Positions 28,978 through 38,727 of a DNA stretch of 53,481 nucleotides are shown here, piece by piece; position 1 is the stretch's first letter, and the number at the start of each line of letters is the position of its first letter. Location: contig CAZXUS010000004.1 of NCBI GenBank assembly GCA_964643985.1, positions 1-53,481 on the forward strand, given 5' to 3'. Source of the stretch: an uncultured Bdellovibrionales bacterium. Lineage in GTDB: Bacteria > Patescibacteriota > Minisyncoccia > Moranbacterales > DUUL01. The notes under the pieces are model-generated. The model saw only the letters and a program-made list of their open reading frames with translations. It did no database searches and was not told where the DNA came from. The position numbers and the translations under genes were made by a program.

Positions 28978-30177
28978 TTATTCTAATTTATTTTTTATAG
29001 TCTCAACAATATCTTCTTTTTGAAAAATTCCGTTTAAAAATTCTTTGCCAATAAAAGAAGCAGGGGTTCCAGCAATTCCAAACTTATTTCCTTGCTCGAT
29101 AGACTCTAAAATCAAATCTTTATTACTCTCAGTTTCAACACATTCATCAAATTGCTTTTTATCCAAACCAATTTTTAAAGCATATTGATCGAAAATTTTA
29201 AAATCTTCAGCTTCGCTCCATTGTTTTTGGTTGGCAAATAACAAATCAGCCATTTCCTCAAATCTTCCCTGTTGATAAGCACACTGTCCAACTAAAGCAG
29301 CGCTAATTCCTTGCCCCTGCAAATCCAAAGGGAAATTCTTATAAATCATTGCCAATTGATCTCCGTTGAATTCGTTTCGAGCCTCCTTGGCCGCTTCATA
29401 AAAAATCTTTGAATAAGAACATTGAAAATCAAAAAATGTCACTAATTTAACTTGAGCATCCTTTTTACCTATAACAATATCACCTTTCTTCTCCTCCGGA
29501 GTTTTCAAATATCTTCCGACTGGAATTCCTAAAGCCGTAGAATCCAAAACTAATCCATTCCCTCTTCTATCAAAAATTTCCTGAACTTGCTCTTCTTGAA
29601 AAAAACTGGCCTCTTGAATTTTTTTGTCAAAAACAAAAGATGGGATAGTATTCAATTCATATTTTTCAATCAACGCCTTGCCCTCTTTTGAAGATTCTGA
29701 AACTTCACTAACAACCATTGTCGGAATAAATTTTTTCATCCAGGTCAAGATTTCATCAGCATTGCAAGTTGGACAATTTTCTTCGTCTTCGGCTACTAAA
29801 ATATCGACCTCAATTGCTGGTTCTGAATAAGCCACCCAAGTTTTATCACCCAATTCAAAAACTTCTGCTTCTCTCAGTGCCCTTTCTGAATAACCGTTCT
29901 TTGTCACTAATTGCACTACATCCACAAACAAACTTCCCACAAAAAGACCAGCAACAATGATTATAACTGAAATTAAATTCTGAATCTTTTTGTTGTTTTC
30001 TTTTTGATTTTCAATGTCATCCAAAGTCATTCCATTCTCAAGATTTTCAATCACGCTTTTGCTAGAAGTAATTTTTACTTTTCTAGCTTGATTTTTTTGA
30101 TTTTTTGAATTAGTTCTTTTTGAACTAATTTTATTTTTCCTTACCTCTCCCTCCTTATTTTTATTTTTTTTAACCAT
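28978..30177 (-). CDS. Membrane-anchored DsbA/thioredoxin-fold protein
   Basis: TM, CPTC domain, then FDFQCSYS, KNFPL, GIAGTP. Confidence 0.85.
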   Translation of the reverse strand: MVKKNKNKEGEVRKNKISSKRTNSKNQKNQARKVKITSSKSVIENLENGMTLDDIENQKENNKKIQNLISVIIIVAGLFVGSLFVDVVQLVTKNGYSERALREAEVFELGDKTWVAYSEPAIEVDILVAEDEENCPTCNADEILTWMKKFIPTMVVSEVSESSKEGKALIEKYELNTIPSFVFDKKIQEASFFQEEQVQEIFDRRGNGLVLDSTALGIPVGRYLKTPEEKKGDIVIGKKDAQVKLVTFFDFQCSYSKIFYEAAKEARNEFNGDQLAMIYKNFPLDLQGQGISAALVGQCAYQQGRFEEMADLLFANQKQWSEAEDFKIFDQYALKIGLDKKQFDECVETESNKDLILESIEQGNKFGIAGTPASFIGKEFLNGIFQKEDIVETIKNKLE

Positions 30178-30209
30178 TTTTATTGATTTAAAAATAAGGA
30201 TCTATTTTT

Positions 30210-30428
30210 TTATTTATTTAAAATTGACGGTATCTCATCCGAAAATTGAATACTATTATTAAAAATTTTTGAATCATCAAAACCGGAAACAATCGTTCTG
30301 ACCGCTTGCGATTTAAACATCACTCCCATTAAAAATCCCAAAAAAAATAGTGAAAATAATTTAAACCGAGCCTGTAAAACTTCACTTTTTATTATTTTTT
30401 TCCAATTATTTTTTTTATTATTTTTCAT
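30210..30428 (-). CDS. Small single-TM hypothetical protein
   Basis: 72 aa, hydrophobic stretch, co-oriented upstream of the DsbA-like gene. Confidence 0.65.
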   Translation of the reverse strand: MKNNKKNNWKKIIKSEVLQARFKLFSLFFLGFLMGVMFKSQAVRTIVSGFDDSKIFNNSIQFSDEIPSILNK

Positions 30429-30629
30429 AATTTAATATTAGTATTTTCATTTTTGTCAAAAACAACCTTCAACAAAAATACCCCATCAAAAATCAAACTA
30501 CTATAATACTTATAAAATATCATATTCAACGATTTTCTACAATCGAATTCCTTTGATAATATTCTTTTCTTTGTTATAATAATTATATTATATTTCAAAA
30601 AATAACAGAAAATAATTTTTTTCAAAAAA

Positions 30630-30971
30630 ATGCGAAAACTTTTTTTAATTTTTCCACTTTTATCTCTAGCTCTAACTATCGGTAATTTATTTTCTTGGCG
30701 TCTTTTCGAGTCACTTCTATGGCTTTTCGCAACGGTTCTGATTGCTTTGATTTTTCTCCCGCTAGCTTTCAAGGCCAACGAAAAAGATGTTCCCGTCTAT
30801 CAAGTTTTCGCCCCTATTTTATTAATTCCAATTTTTTTCTCTATTTTTGCCATTATGGATTTTCGTCGAATTGAAGTTTTGACCGATCCACAAGCTATTA
30901 TTTATGGGGTAGTCACCGGAGTCTTAACTCTAGTAGCCTTAATGCTATTAATTGGTCCCAGCAAATATTAA
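30630..30971 (+). CDS. Hypothetical 4-TM membrane protein
   Basis: 113-aa hydrophobic ORF filling the gap; convergent with the next gene. Confidence 0.7.
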   Translation: MRKLFLIFPLLSLALTIGNLFSWRLFESLLWLFATVLIALIFLPLAFKANEKDVPVYQVFAPILLIPIFFSIFAIMDFRRIEVLTDPQAIIYGVVTGVLTLVALMLLIGPSKY

Positions 30972-30974
30972 TTT

Positions 30975-32237
30975 TTAACAACAATATAGTTTATCGGGAA
31001 TTTTATCACCATTTTTTTGACCAAAAGGATTTCCATCCTTTTTTATTTTTGCCAACATTTCTTTATTAGCAGAACTTTGAATGCCATTTTTTTCTTGTTC
31101 TTCTCTAATCGCTCGAACCATTTCCGGCAATCCTATTTTCATTGGACAATTTCGATAACAGGAATCACAAAGAGTGCAATTATGACTTCCCACTTTTTGA
31201 GCTTCTTTTAAACCTTTTTGAACCGCTTCAAAAACAATTCCCTTGGAACCAATATAGCCCTCATTACCATATTGACTTCCCTTTTGATTATAGACCGGGC
31301 AAAAATTAATACACGACCCACAATTAATACATCGTAAAATATCACCGAAACCTTTTTCAATCATTTTTCGTCGACCGTTATCGACTAAAATAATATGAAC
31401 TTCTTGTGCGCCTTGAGCTCCCATAACTAATTTATTTTCAATGTCAGCCGTCTTAGACGGACCCGAAATTACTGAAATGTATTGAGTAATGTCTTGCCCA
31501 GTTCCAAAAATTGCCGCCGTTTGACAAAGCTCCATCGCATCCTTAACTGATTCCGTGATTTTATCAATTCCACAAATTATAATATGCTTCCTAGGAACTC
31601 GAGAAACCAAAGAAATATTGCCTTCGTTTTCCAACAAAACTACCTGCCCCTCTTGAGTAAAAAAATTAGCACCCGTCACACCAACTTCCGCTTGCAAAAT
31701 TTTCGCTCTAATTTTCTGACATAAATAGTGCGTCAATTTTTCCGAATCAGCTTCAATCTGATCCCCATATTTTTCTTTAATTTTTTTAGCTATCATTTCC
31801 GCACTAATATGAATCGCTGGCAAAACAAAATGCTCGTCAGTTTCTTTGAACATTTTCACAATAAAATCCCCTAAATCAGTTTCACTCCAATCAAAATTTT
31901 CGGAAACTTTTTTGATTTCGATTTCTCGCCCAGTATTAGTTTTAGAGGAAGCAATTTTTTTAGCTTTTCCAATGATTTTATTTAAAATATTTTGAGCATC
32001 TTTGGCTTTTTCAGCTTCATAGACTTGAAATCCGCGTCGCTCAAAATTTTTCTTAGCAATTTTTAAATTTTTCTCAAAATCTTCAAACGGTTTTTTTCGA
32101 ATAGCCGTCATCTGATCTTTATACTGATTTTCTTCAATATTTTTATTTTCAAAAACTTTTCGCCGCTTGGAAGCGCTAGAATTAACCGCTTTTTTAATCG
32201 CGTCTTGACTTGTCTTTTTTAAATATTCTTTTTTCAT
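30975..32237 (-). CDS. LUD-domain Fe-S protein (LutB/YkgF-like)
   Basis: ETDLGDFI, GVTGANF, ENEGN, SGPSKTADIE, CINCGSCINFCP, CTLCDSCYRNCP. Confidence 0.9.
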   Translation of the reverse strand: MKKEYLKKTSQDAIKKAVNSSASKRRKVFENKNIEENQYKDQMTAIRKKPFEDFEKNLKIAKKNFERRGFQVYEAEKAKDAQNILNKIIGKAKKIASSKTNTGREIEIKKVSENFDWSETDLGDFIVKMFKETDEHFVLPAIHISAEMIAKKIKEKYGDQIEADSEKLTHYLCQKIRAKILQAEVGVTGANFFTQEGQVVLLENEGNISLVSRVPRKHIIICGIDKITESVKDAMELCQTAAIFGTGQDITQYISVISGPSKTADIENKLVMGAQGAQEVHIILVDNGRRKMIEKGFGDILRCINCGSCINFCPVYNQKGSQYGNEGYIGSKGIVFEAVQKGLKEAQKVGSHNCTLCDSCYRNCPMKIGLPEMVRAIREEQEKNGIQSSANKEMLAKIKKDGNPFGQKNGDKIPDKLYCC

Positions 32238-32345
32238 ATTTTAAAATTAATTAAAGTATTTTATTTATTGGCAATAAAGTAATCTTCTAAATCTCAAAAA
32301 ATTAATCTGACTATATTTTATAATAACATTCATTAAAAAAATCAC

Positions 32346-32384
32346 AAAAAAATCGCCCTTATCTATTTCAGATATTGACGACTT
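32346..32384 (-). terminator. Intrinsic terminator with internal loop
   Basis: Minus strand gtcgtc-aa-tatct gaaat agata-ag-ggcgat tttttt. Confidence 0.6.
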
Positions 32385-32403
32385 TCCCTCTTTAAAAATT
32401 CTT

Positions 32404-32628
32404 CTATTCCTCCTTTTTAAATTTTTTCTTCAAAAATGTTTTAATCGAAAAATATTTTTTTAGTTCATGAAAAATGTTTATAATGATATAAAAAATAACT
32501 AAAACAAAAACCTTTAAAGTGTCATTAGTAACAAAATCAAAAATCACTTTAGTTATAAACACAGCGATAAACACAAAAATAATCTCAATACCAATTACTT
32601 TTAGCAGTTTTCTCTTGTCACCTTTCAT
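32404..32628 (-). CDS. Small two-TM hypothetical protein
   Basis: SD AAGGAG preceded by GTTCTTTGAAAA. Confidence 0.65.
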   Translation of the reverse strand: MKGDKRKLLKVIGIEIIFVFIAVFITKVIFDFVTNDTLKVFVLVIFYIIINIFHELKKYFSIKTFLKKKFKKEE

Positions 32629-32689
32629 TCTTTTTCTCCTTTTTTCAAAGAACTTTTTTATTAATCACAAAAAATATCTTTCAAAAAAA

Positions 32690-33073
32690 TCAGAGATAAT
32701 CTAGAATAAAACGATGTTCATCTCGAAGATCTTCTCCTTCTTTTTTTATCAAATATTCCAACAAAGAAATCCGATTGGAAGGATTTTTATTTTTTTTATT
32801 TTTTATAACTTCTCTCCAAACAATTTCTCCTTCATAAGAAAGGGCCTCTCTTCGCGGTGCTGTAAGACCAAGCAAAACTTCAAGAATTTCACTAAAAGGA
32901 AATTTAGTTCTGATTAAAAACAACAAATCCAAAACTTTAGTAGTATTATAAGAACCACTAATTTCTTGATCTTTAAAATGATAAGTAAAAAAAACACCCT
33001 CATCTTTTCTGCCGTTCCTAAACAGTAGTTTTTTCTCAACAGCTCTTTTCACAAATTCATCAAATTTAAACAT
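32690..33073 (-). CDS. Hypothetical protein
   Basis: SD GGGAGG; promoter TTGACA-17-TATATT; 10-bp IR gtcaatttta/taaaattgac in the leader. Confidence 0.7.
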   Translation of the reverse strand: MFKFDEFVKRAVEKKLLFRNGRKDEGVFFTYHFKDQEISGSYNTTKVLDLLFLIRTKFPFSEILEVLLGLTAPRREALSYEGEIVWREVIKNKKNKNPSNRISLLEYLIKKEGEDLRDEHRFILDYL

Positions 33074-33286
33074 TTTAAACGCCTCCCACGTTTTTTTGTT
33101 TCAACTTCTTTTCCTGTCAATTTTACCGATTAAAATTGACTTGAAAAATATAGCACAAAACAGTCGCTATGTCAAACCAAATTTAGATTTCAAATAAAAT
33201 TTGTTTGATTCTGATTAGATGCTATAATTAAACATCAATTTTTAAAATAAAAAAATACCTAAAAATATTTTTAATGTTGTATTTCA

Positions 33287-33892
33287 ATGTATAAAAAATT
33301 ATATTCCAAAAAAATCCAGCCCAAAGATTTGATAAAACACGAAACCAAAAATCATGTCTTGGTTAAGTTTTTGCTGGTTTTTTTAATATTTTTAATTTAT
33401 TTTTTGTATATTGCTCAAAAATATGGGGTTCAGCAAGGCTTTTTAGTCGCTTTTTTATCTTGGTCATTTTTTGTGCTTTGCACTCCGGTTGCCGACGCCG
33501 GATTTTTGATTGATTTCCCTCTAAGACTAATCACTAAAATAAAAATGTTTGTAGCTGAAATTCTAGTTTGGCTAATCGCGATCACAATTAATTTCTATGT
33601 TTTTTTTACAAATCCAGCCATTTATGAAAAAACTAAATTATTAAAACTTTTTAAACACATCCTCGAAAAGCCTTGGCCTTTTTGGATTATCATTTTAGTT
33701 TCAATGCTCGGAACTTTTGTTTCAATCAAATTTGGCGATGAGCTTCTAGACAAAATTCAACACAAAGAACGAACTTTATACCAAAAACACAAAAAGAACC
33801 ATCAATTAATAATTATGATTTTTTTAATTGTTTTTTCCCTATTTTTTTATGATTTCTTACTTAAAAAATTAGGAATTGATTTATTGAACTAA
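33287..33892 (+). CDS. Hypothetical membrane protein
   Basis: About five TM; FFVLCTPVADAGFLIDFP; TGCTATAAT upstream. Confidence 0.8.
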   Translation: MYKKLYSKKIQPKDLIKHETKNHVLVKFLLVFLIFLIYFLYIAQKYGVQQGFLVAFLSWSFFVLCTPVADAGFLIDFPLRLITKIKMFVAEILVWLIAITINFYVFFTNPAIYEKTKLLKLFKHILEKPWPFWIIILVSMLGTFVSIKFGDELLDKIQHKERTLYQKHKKNHQLIIMIFLIVFSLFFYDFLLKKLGIDLLN

Positions 33893-33904
33893 AATTAACC
33901 ATTC

Positions 33905-34621
33905 ATGGGAGCTTTCGACAGATTTAAATCAATTTACAATAAAACTCAAAAAATTGATGATTTTGATGATCATTGGACTAAAAAATTTATTGATAATAAT
34001 TCTCAAAAAACAGCAATATTTTTTTGTGCTTGGCGAACAAAAGCTAAATTTCACAAAAAAGTTTTCAATCAATTTCCTGATTACAATCACCTTATTTATG
34101 AACTTCCAAACTCGCTTGTATGCAGTGATTTAAAAATAATGGAAAAAACTTGACTTAAAATTGCAAAATCGATAAAAAAAGCCATCCAAAAATTTGATAT
34201 TGAAATAGTTTATGGCTTAAGCCTAGGAACTTCGTTCGCTTTATATTGTGCTAATAGATGTCAAAGTGTTAAAAAAATTTTGCTAGCCTTTCCTGGCGAT
34301 AAAATAACTCCTTGTATATGGGAAGGAGTTTTAACTAAAAAAATTGCCAAAAAAATTGAACGAGAGAGAAAATATACTTATGATGATTATGAAAAAATTT
34401 TTAAACCCTATAACCACATCAACAACCTGACGAACTTAAAAGGAAAATTAATTAAAATTTATCTAGAAAAATCAGATGAAATCGTACCCTATCATCGAGG
34501 TAAAAAGTTAGTTAAAAAAATGAATCAAATGAAACTTAATTTTAAAATTAAAGAAACTAGACTAGACCATATCGCAGGCACAATAAAAAGCGTCACTTTT
34601 GTCAGCTGGTTGTTGAAATAA
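33905..34621 (+). pseudogene. Alpha/beta hydrolase interrupted by one in-frame TGA (34151-34153)
   Basis: Both track ORFs share a frame; the linker reads LKIAKS..VYGLSLGTSFA (GxSxG); SDEIVP (Asp) and LDHI (His) follow. Confidence 0.8.
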
Positions 34622-34712
34622 TTTTTTATTTTAGGCAATACTTTAAATTGAATAAAAAGCATATTCAAATTTAATCCCAAAACGAAGAAGTGCGCCGAAT
34701 CCAAAAGTTTTC

Positions 34713-35459
34713 TTATTTTAAATAATGTTTTAAGGTAAAAATCCAATCCTCATCGGTGCCTTCTGCTTCTTTGGTTTTTTTAAGCCAATTCAAATATTGG
34801 CGATCTTTCTGAACAATATCTGCTACTTTTTCTCCAACATATTTCCCGAAAGGAAATTTTTTAATTAGAACTGGATTATTAGAAATATCAATCATTCTTT
34901 GAATAATTTCCTCTGCTGAGGCTTTTGGCGCTTTTTCTTGAGCAGTCTTCAATAGATGATTGAAAATCGCCTCTAAAACGATTACATCGCCGTCAGCGCT
35001 ATGTGGATCAACCTCAACTTCAACTTCATAATAATATCTTAAAAATTGCAGATTGTATTCTGGAATTTCTTGCTCCGAGTCTAAATAGCGAGCCAATCGT
35101 AAAGTACAAATCGACTCAGGAGTTTTTAAACCCTCATTTTCCAACATCGCAATATCAAATTTAGCGTTATGCGCTACTAGAATATTTTCGCTTAAAATTT
35201 TCTCTAATTTCTGAGCAAATTTACTTCCCTGAAATTCCCCCTCTTTTTCTACCATTTTATTGGTAATATGAGTGATACTCATCGCTTTAACCGAAATTGG
35301 AATAGTTGGTTTAAAATTTTGAACAATCAATTTTTCAGATTTTTTAGAATCTTTTTTTTCTTGAATGTCAACTTGTTTATAAGCTACTTGGCATAAACGA
35401 TCTTTTGCCAAATCATTCCCAGTTGTTTCAGTGTCCAAAAAAATTAATTTCTTTTTCAT
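34713..35459 (-). CDS. DEDDh 3'-5' exonuclease (ExoX-like)
   Basis: FLDTETTG, VAHNAKFD, HSADGD; C-terminal FPFGKYVGE. Confidence 0.92.
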   Translation of the reverse strand: MKKKLIFLDTETTGNDLAKDRLCQVAYKQVDIQEKKDSKKSEKLIVQNFKPTIPISVKAMSITHITNKMVEKEGEFQGSKFAQKLEKILSENILVAHNAKFDIAMLENEGLKTPESICTLRLARYLDSEQEIPEYNLQFLRYYYEVEVEVDPHSADGDVIVLEAIFNHLLKTAQEKAPKASAEEIIQRMIDISNNPVLIKKFPFGKYVGEKVADIVQKDRQYLNWLKKTKEAEGTDEDWIFTLKHYLK

Positions 35460-35521
35460 ATTTTTTTATTAACAATAATAATTTCAATATTTTAAGTATA
35501 CAATAATAAAAACTTTAAAAC

Positions 35522-35558
35522 AAAAGCAGGGCCGAAGAAATAATCTTCGAACCCTGTT
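35522..35558 (-). terminator. Intrinsic terminator, CAGGG..CCCTG family
   Basis: Minus strand aacagggttcgaagattatttcttcggccctgctttt. Confidence 0.7.
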
Positions 35559-35565
35559 AAAAAAA

Positions 35566-35959
35566 TCAAATTTGAAGAAAACGAAGATGTAAACGACCTT
35601 TTTCTAAAGGCTTTGCTTTATCTTCTCGATCTTTAGACATTTTGAAAATTAAAAAATATTCTCCATCTAATTTTTTAATTTTTATCCTATCCGAAAGATG
35701 AAAATCCCGCTCTCCATTCTCATAGCTCAACCAGGGATAATAGGGACTTTCGTCCCAATCAACTTCTCCGTCAATTAAAAATTTAGCAAAATAATCACAT
35801 CTATCGTTTTTACATTCTTTGTAGATTCTTTCATCCTCAAGTAAAGTCGGGAGTTCCCAGCTCCACTGAGTCTCTTCGCTTGAAGATATGTATTTCAACA
35901 ATATATCAGTGCTTAATACAAACGATTACATATAACAAGACTCTCAGTTTACCTAACAT
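35566..35959 (-). pseudogene. Hypothetical exported protein, apparent 1-nt frameshift near 35920
   Basis: SD GAGGGAG plus ATG 35959 (MLGKLRVLLYVIVC..) stops after 17 codons; the long ORF continues in a frame offset by 1 nt. Confidence 0.55.
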
Positions 35960-36063
35960 TTTTAAATTCTCCCTCTCTAAAAAATTTAATAAAATATAAA
36001 AATAAATAACTAGCCAAAATTATACTACAAAAAATCGATTTTGTCCAGCAAATTTTTATCTTC

Positions 36064-36477
36064 TTAGAGAAACGGATTGAATTTTTGTTTGTTTAAATTT
36101 TGTTGTGGGATAAAAAGTGGATCAGGTTGTTTGTTCCATTCAAACCAACCCCATTTTTCACATTTATCTGGTTCCATAATTTTTGGTTCGCCCGAAACAT
36201 AATCAGCCAGCATTACAATAGTAATATAATGCTTATTTTCTTTGGTAAAAAAATCATTAGTGGCAGTTGTAAAACGAACGTTTTGAATCTCCAGACCCGT
36301 CTCCTCTATAGTTTCTCGTCGAGCACATTCTTCCCAAGTTTCATTAAATTCTAAATGCCCACCCGGAAAATTCCAGCTTCCATCGCCATGGGATCCTTTT
36401 CTTTTCCCGAATAATACTTTATTTCCTTTTATTATGCAAACTCCTACTCCCACTTTTGGTCTTTTTTCTTGATTCAT
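36064..36477 (-). CDS. Nudix hydrolase (MutT/NUDT15-like)
   Basis: GGHLEFNETWEECARRETIEETGL Nudix box; RPKVGVG; MEPDKC. Confidence 0.95.
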   Translation of the reverse strand: MNQEKRPKVGVGVCIIKGNKVLFGKRKGSHGDGSWNFPGGHLEFNETWEECARRETIEETGLEIQNVRFTTATNDFFTKENKHYITIVMLADYVSGEPKIMEPDKCEKWGWFEWNKQPDPLFIPQQNLNKQKFNPFL

Positions 36478-36519
36478 AGCTTATAAAAATTATTTAAAAA
36501 CTTTTCTAATTCTTCTAAT

Positions 36520-36570
36520 TGTCATTCCCGCCCCCGCCCCCGCGAAGATAAACTCCGGCGGGAATCCAGA
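36520..36570. repeat. dRS3-like palindrome with an enlarged loop
   Basis: GTCATTCCCGC-ccccgcccccgcgaagataaactccg-GCGGGAATCCAG. Confidence 0.75.
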
Positions 36571-36672
36571 TCTTCGACTTTATGAATTTTACAGACCTTA
36601 CGAACTCGCTCTATTGCTTAAATCTTAAAATTATTGTATCATAAATAGAATTGTTATTAAATAAATCTTCCA

Positions 36673-37962
36673 ATGAATAAAGGCAAAGAACCCCATTTTT
36701 TTGATGTCGCGATTATCGGCGGAGGCGCCGCTGGTTTAATGACGGCTTTTTGGGCCTCCGAAAGAGGCGCTCGAGTGGTCTTAATCGAAAAAAATGAAGA
36801 AATTGGCCAAAAAGTTTTAATGACTGGAAAAGGTCGTTGCAATATTACCCAAGATAATTTTTCCGAAGAAACTTTAATCGAGGCGCTGGGTAAGAAGGGA
36901 CGTTTTTTGTTTTCTGCTTTTAATAAATTTAACGTTAAAAAAACCAAAAATTTTTTCCAGAAAATCGGAGTCGAATTAAAGACAGAACGAGGCGGACGAG
37001 TTTTTCCCGAATCTGACAGCGCCGAAGAAATTATCGCAGTTTTTAAAAGAAAACTTATTCAAAATGGAGTAGTCTTAATGAGAAAAACCAAGCCCCTTTC
37101 ATTCGAAACCAAAGGAAATGTTATTAAAAAAATTATCACCCGAAAACGAGAAATCACTGCCAATCAATTCATTTTTTGCACCGGAGGAAAGTCTTATCCG
37201 ACCACTGGTTCTACTGGAGATGGCTACCAATGGGCAAAAAACTTTGGTCATAAAATTATCAAGCCGGTTCCCGCTCTTTCGCCGATTAAAACCATCAACA
37301 AATGGGCGGAGCAATTACAAGGAGTTTCATTAAAAAATGTTGAACTAAGTGTCTTTCAAGATAACAAAAAACAGCTGACTCGATTTGGAGAAATGCTATT
37401 TACTCACTTTGGAGTAAGCGGACCAATCGTTTTAGATGTCAGCAAAGAAATCGGAGCACTACTAAAAAAAGGGCGAGTAAAAATTTCGATTGACTTGAAA
37501 CCCGCTTTAGATTTCAAAGAGCTAGATTTACGAGTTCAAAAAGATTTTCAAAAATACCAGGGTCGAAAATTTATCAATGCCCTAGATGATTTGCTTCCTC
37601 ACAAAATGATTCCCACTATAATCGAAATTTCAAAAATTGATTCCGAAAAAAAAGTTGGGGAAATTTCCAAAGAAGACCGCAAGCGATTTGTTTCTTTGTT
37701 GAAAAATTTGGTTTTAAATGTTGATGACTTAGTTGGTTTTGAAAACGCTATTGTCACTTCAGGCGGAATTGATTTGGGTGAAATCGATCAAAAAACTATG
37801 AAATCCAAACTAATTGAAAATCTTTATTTCGCTGGAGAAATTATTGATCTTGATGGTCCAACCGGTGGTTATAATCTTCAAATTTGCTGGACCACTGGCT
37901 ACATCGCTGGAAACAGCGTCGCCGAAGTTATCAATCAAGAAAAATACGGTCCAAAAGAATAA
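36673..37962 (+). CDS. HI0933/BaiN-family flavoprotein
   Basis: GGGAAG, GKGRCNIT, GRVFP, TGGKSYP, LFTHFGVSGP, GPTGGYNLQ. Confidence 0.95.
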   Translation: MNKGKEPHFFDVAIIGGGAAGLMTAFWASERGARVVLIEKNEEIGQKVLMTGKGRCNITQDNFSEETLIEALGKKGRFLFSAFNKFNVKKTKNFFQKIGVELKTERGGRVFPESDSAEEIIAVFKRKLIQNGVVLMRKTKPLSFETKGNVIKKIITRKREITANQFIFCTGGKSYPTTGSTGDGYQWAKNFGHKIIKPVPALSPIKTINKWAEQLQGVSLKNVELSVFQDNKKQLTRFGEMLFTHFGVSGPIVLDVSKEIGALLKKGRVKISIDLKPALDFKELDLRVQKDFQKYQGRKFINALDDLLPHKMIPTIIEISKIDSEKKVGEISKEDRKRFVSLLKNLVLNVDDLVGFENAIVTSGGIDLGEIDQKTMKSKLIENLYFAGEIIDLDGPTGGYNLQICWTTGYIAGNSVAEVINQEKYGPKE

Positions 37963-37972
37963 TTATCAAAAT

Positions 37973-38003
37973 AAAAAAAGACACTTCGCTTGAAGTGTTT
38001 TTT
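37973..38003. terminator. Bidirectional intrinsic terminator
   Basis: aaaaaaag-acacttc gctt gaagtgt-ttttt between convergent genes. Confidence 0.75.
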
Positions 38004-38073
38004 CGTTTAAAAAAGCTGTTTCCAAAAATCTTATTTCATTATATTTAATAAATCTTTAATTATTTTAAATTTT

Positions 38074-38727
38074 TTAATTTTTACCTCTCCATTCCAATAT
38101 AAATTCTTTTAAATAATCTTCTATAAATTGATGTCGATGCTTGGCTATTTTTTTACCCTCTTTAGTATTCATTAAATTTTTCAGCAACAAAATTTTTTCA
38201 TAAAAATGAACCAAACTAGAATTTTTATTTTTTTGATATTCTTCTGAATTCTTATAATTACCAATTTTTTCTTCAGAATCATAAATTTTCTGACCATTTG
38301 CTCCGCCACAAGCAAAAGTTCGAGCAATTCCAATTGCGCCCAAAGCATCCAAGCGATCAGCATCTTGAACCACTTGCCCCTCCAAAGTCAAAACTTTATT
38401 TTCATTAAAAGTTTTTCGAAAAGAAATCCCTTCAATAATTTTTATAATATGCACTAATTCTTCTTGCGAAATTTTCAAATCCATTAAATAATTTTTCACA
38501 AATTTTAATCCTTTTTCATCCGAACCGTCATTCAATTTATAATCCGCCACATCATGTAAAAGCGAAGCCATTGAAATAATAAACCAATCCGCTTGCTCCT
38601 CTTTGGCGATCCGTTCAGCCATTTTCCAAACTCGAAAAGTATGCCACCAATCATGACTGCTTTCCGCTTTTTTTAAAAAATTCTTTGCAAATTCAACTGT
38701 TCCATCAATCATTTCTTGTTTATTCAT
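38074..38727 (-). CDS. HD-domain phosphohydrolase
   Basis: SHDWWH, LLHD, QDADRLDALGAIGIAR, HFYEK. Confidence 0.93.
   Translation of the reverse strand: MNKQEMIDGTVEFAKNFLKKAESSHDWWHTFRVWKMAERIAKEEQADWFIISMASLLHDVADYKLNDGSDEKGLKFVKNYLMDLKISQEELVHIIKIIEGISFRKTFNENKVLTLEGQVVQDADRLDALGAIGIARTFACGGANGQKIYDSEEKIGNYKNSEEYQKNKNSSLVHFYEKILLLKNLMNTKEGKKIAKHRHQFIEDYLKEFILEWRGKN

Noticed and set aside
34151-34153. Selenocysteine or genome-wide UGA recoding (code 4/25)
   Set aside because: Not a Cys-type catalytic position, no SECIS-like hairpin seen, and porA and the HAD gene end at TGA with normal lengths.
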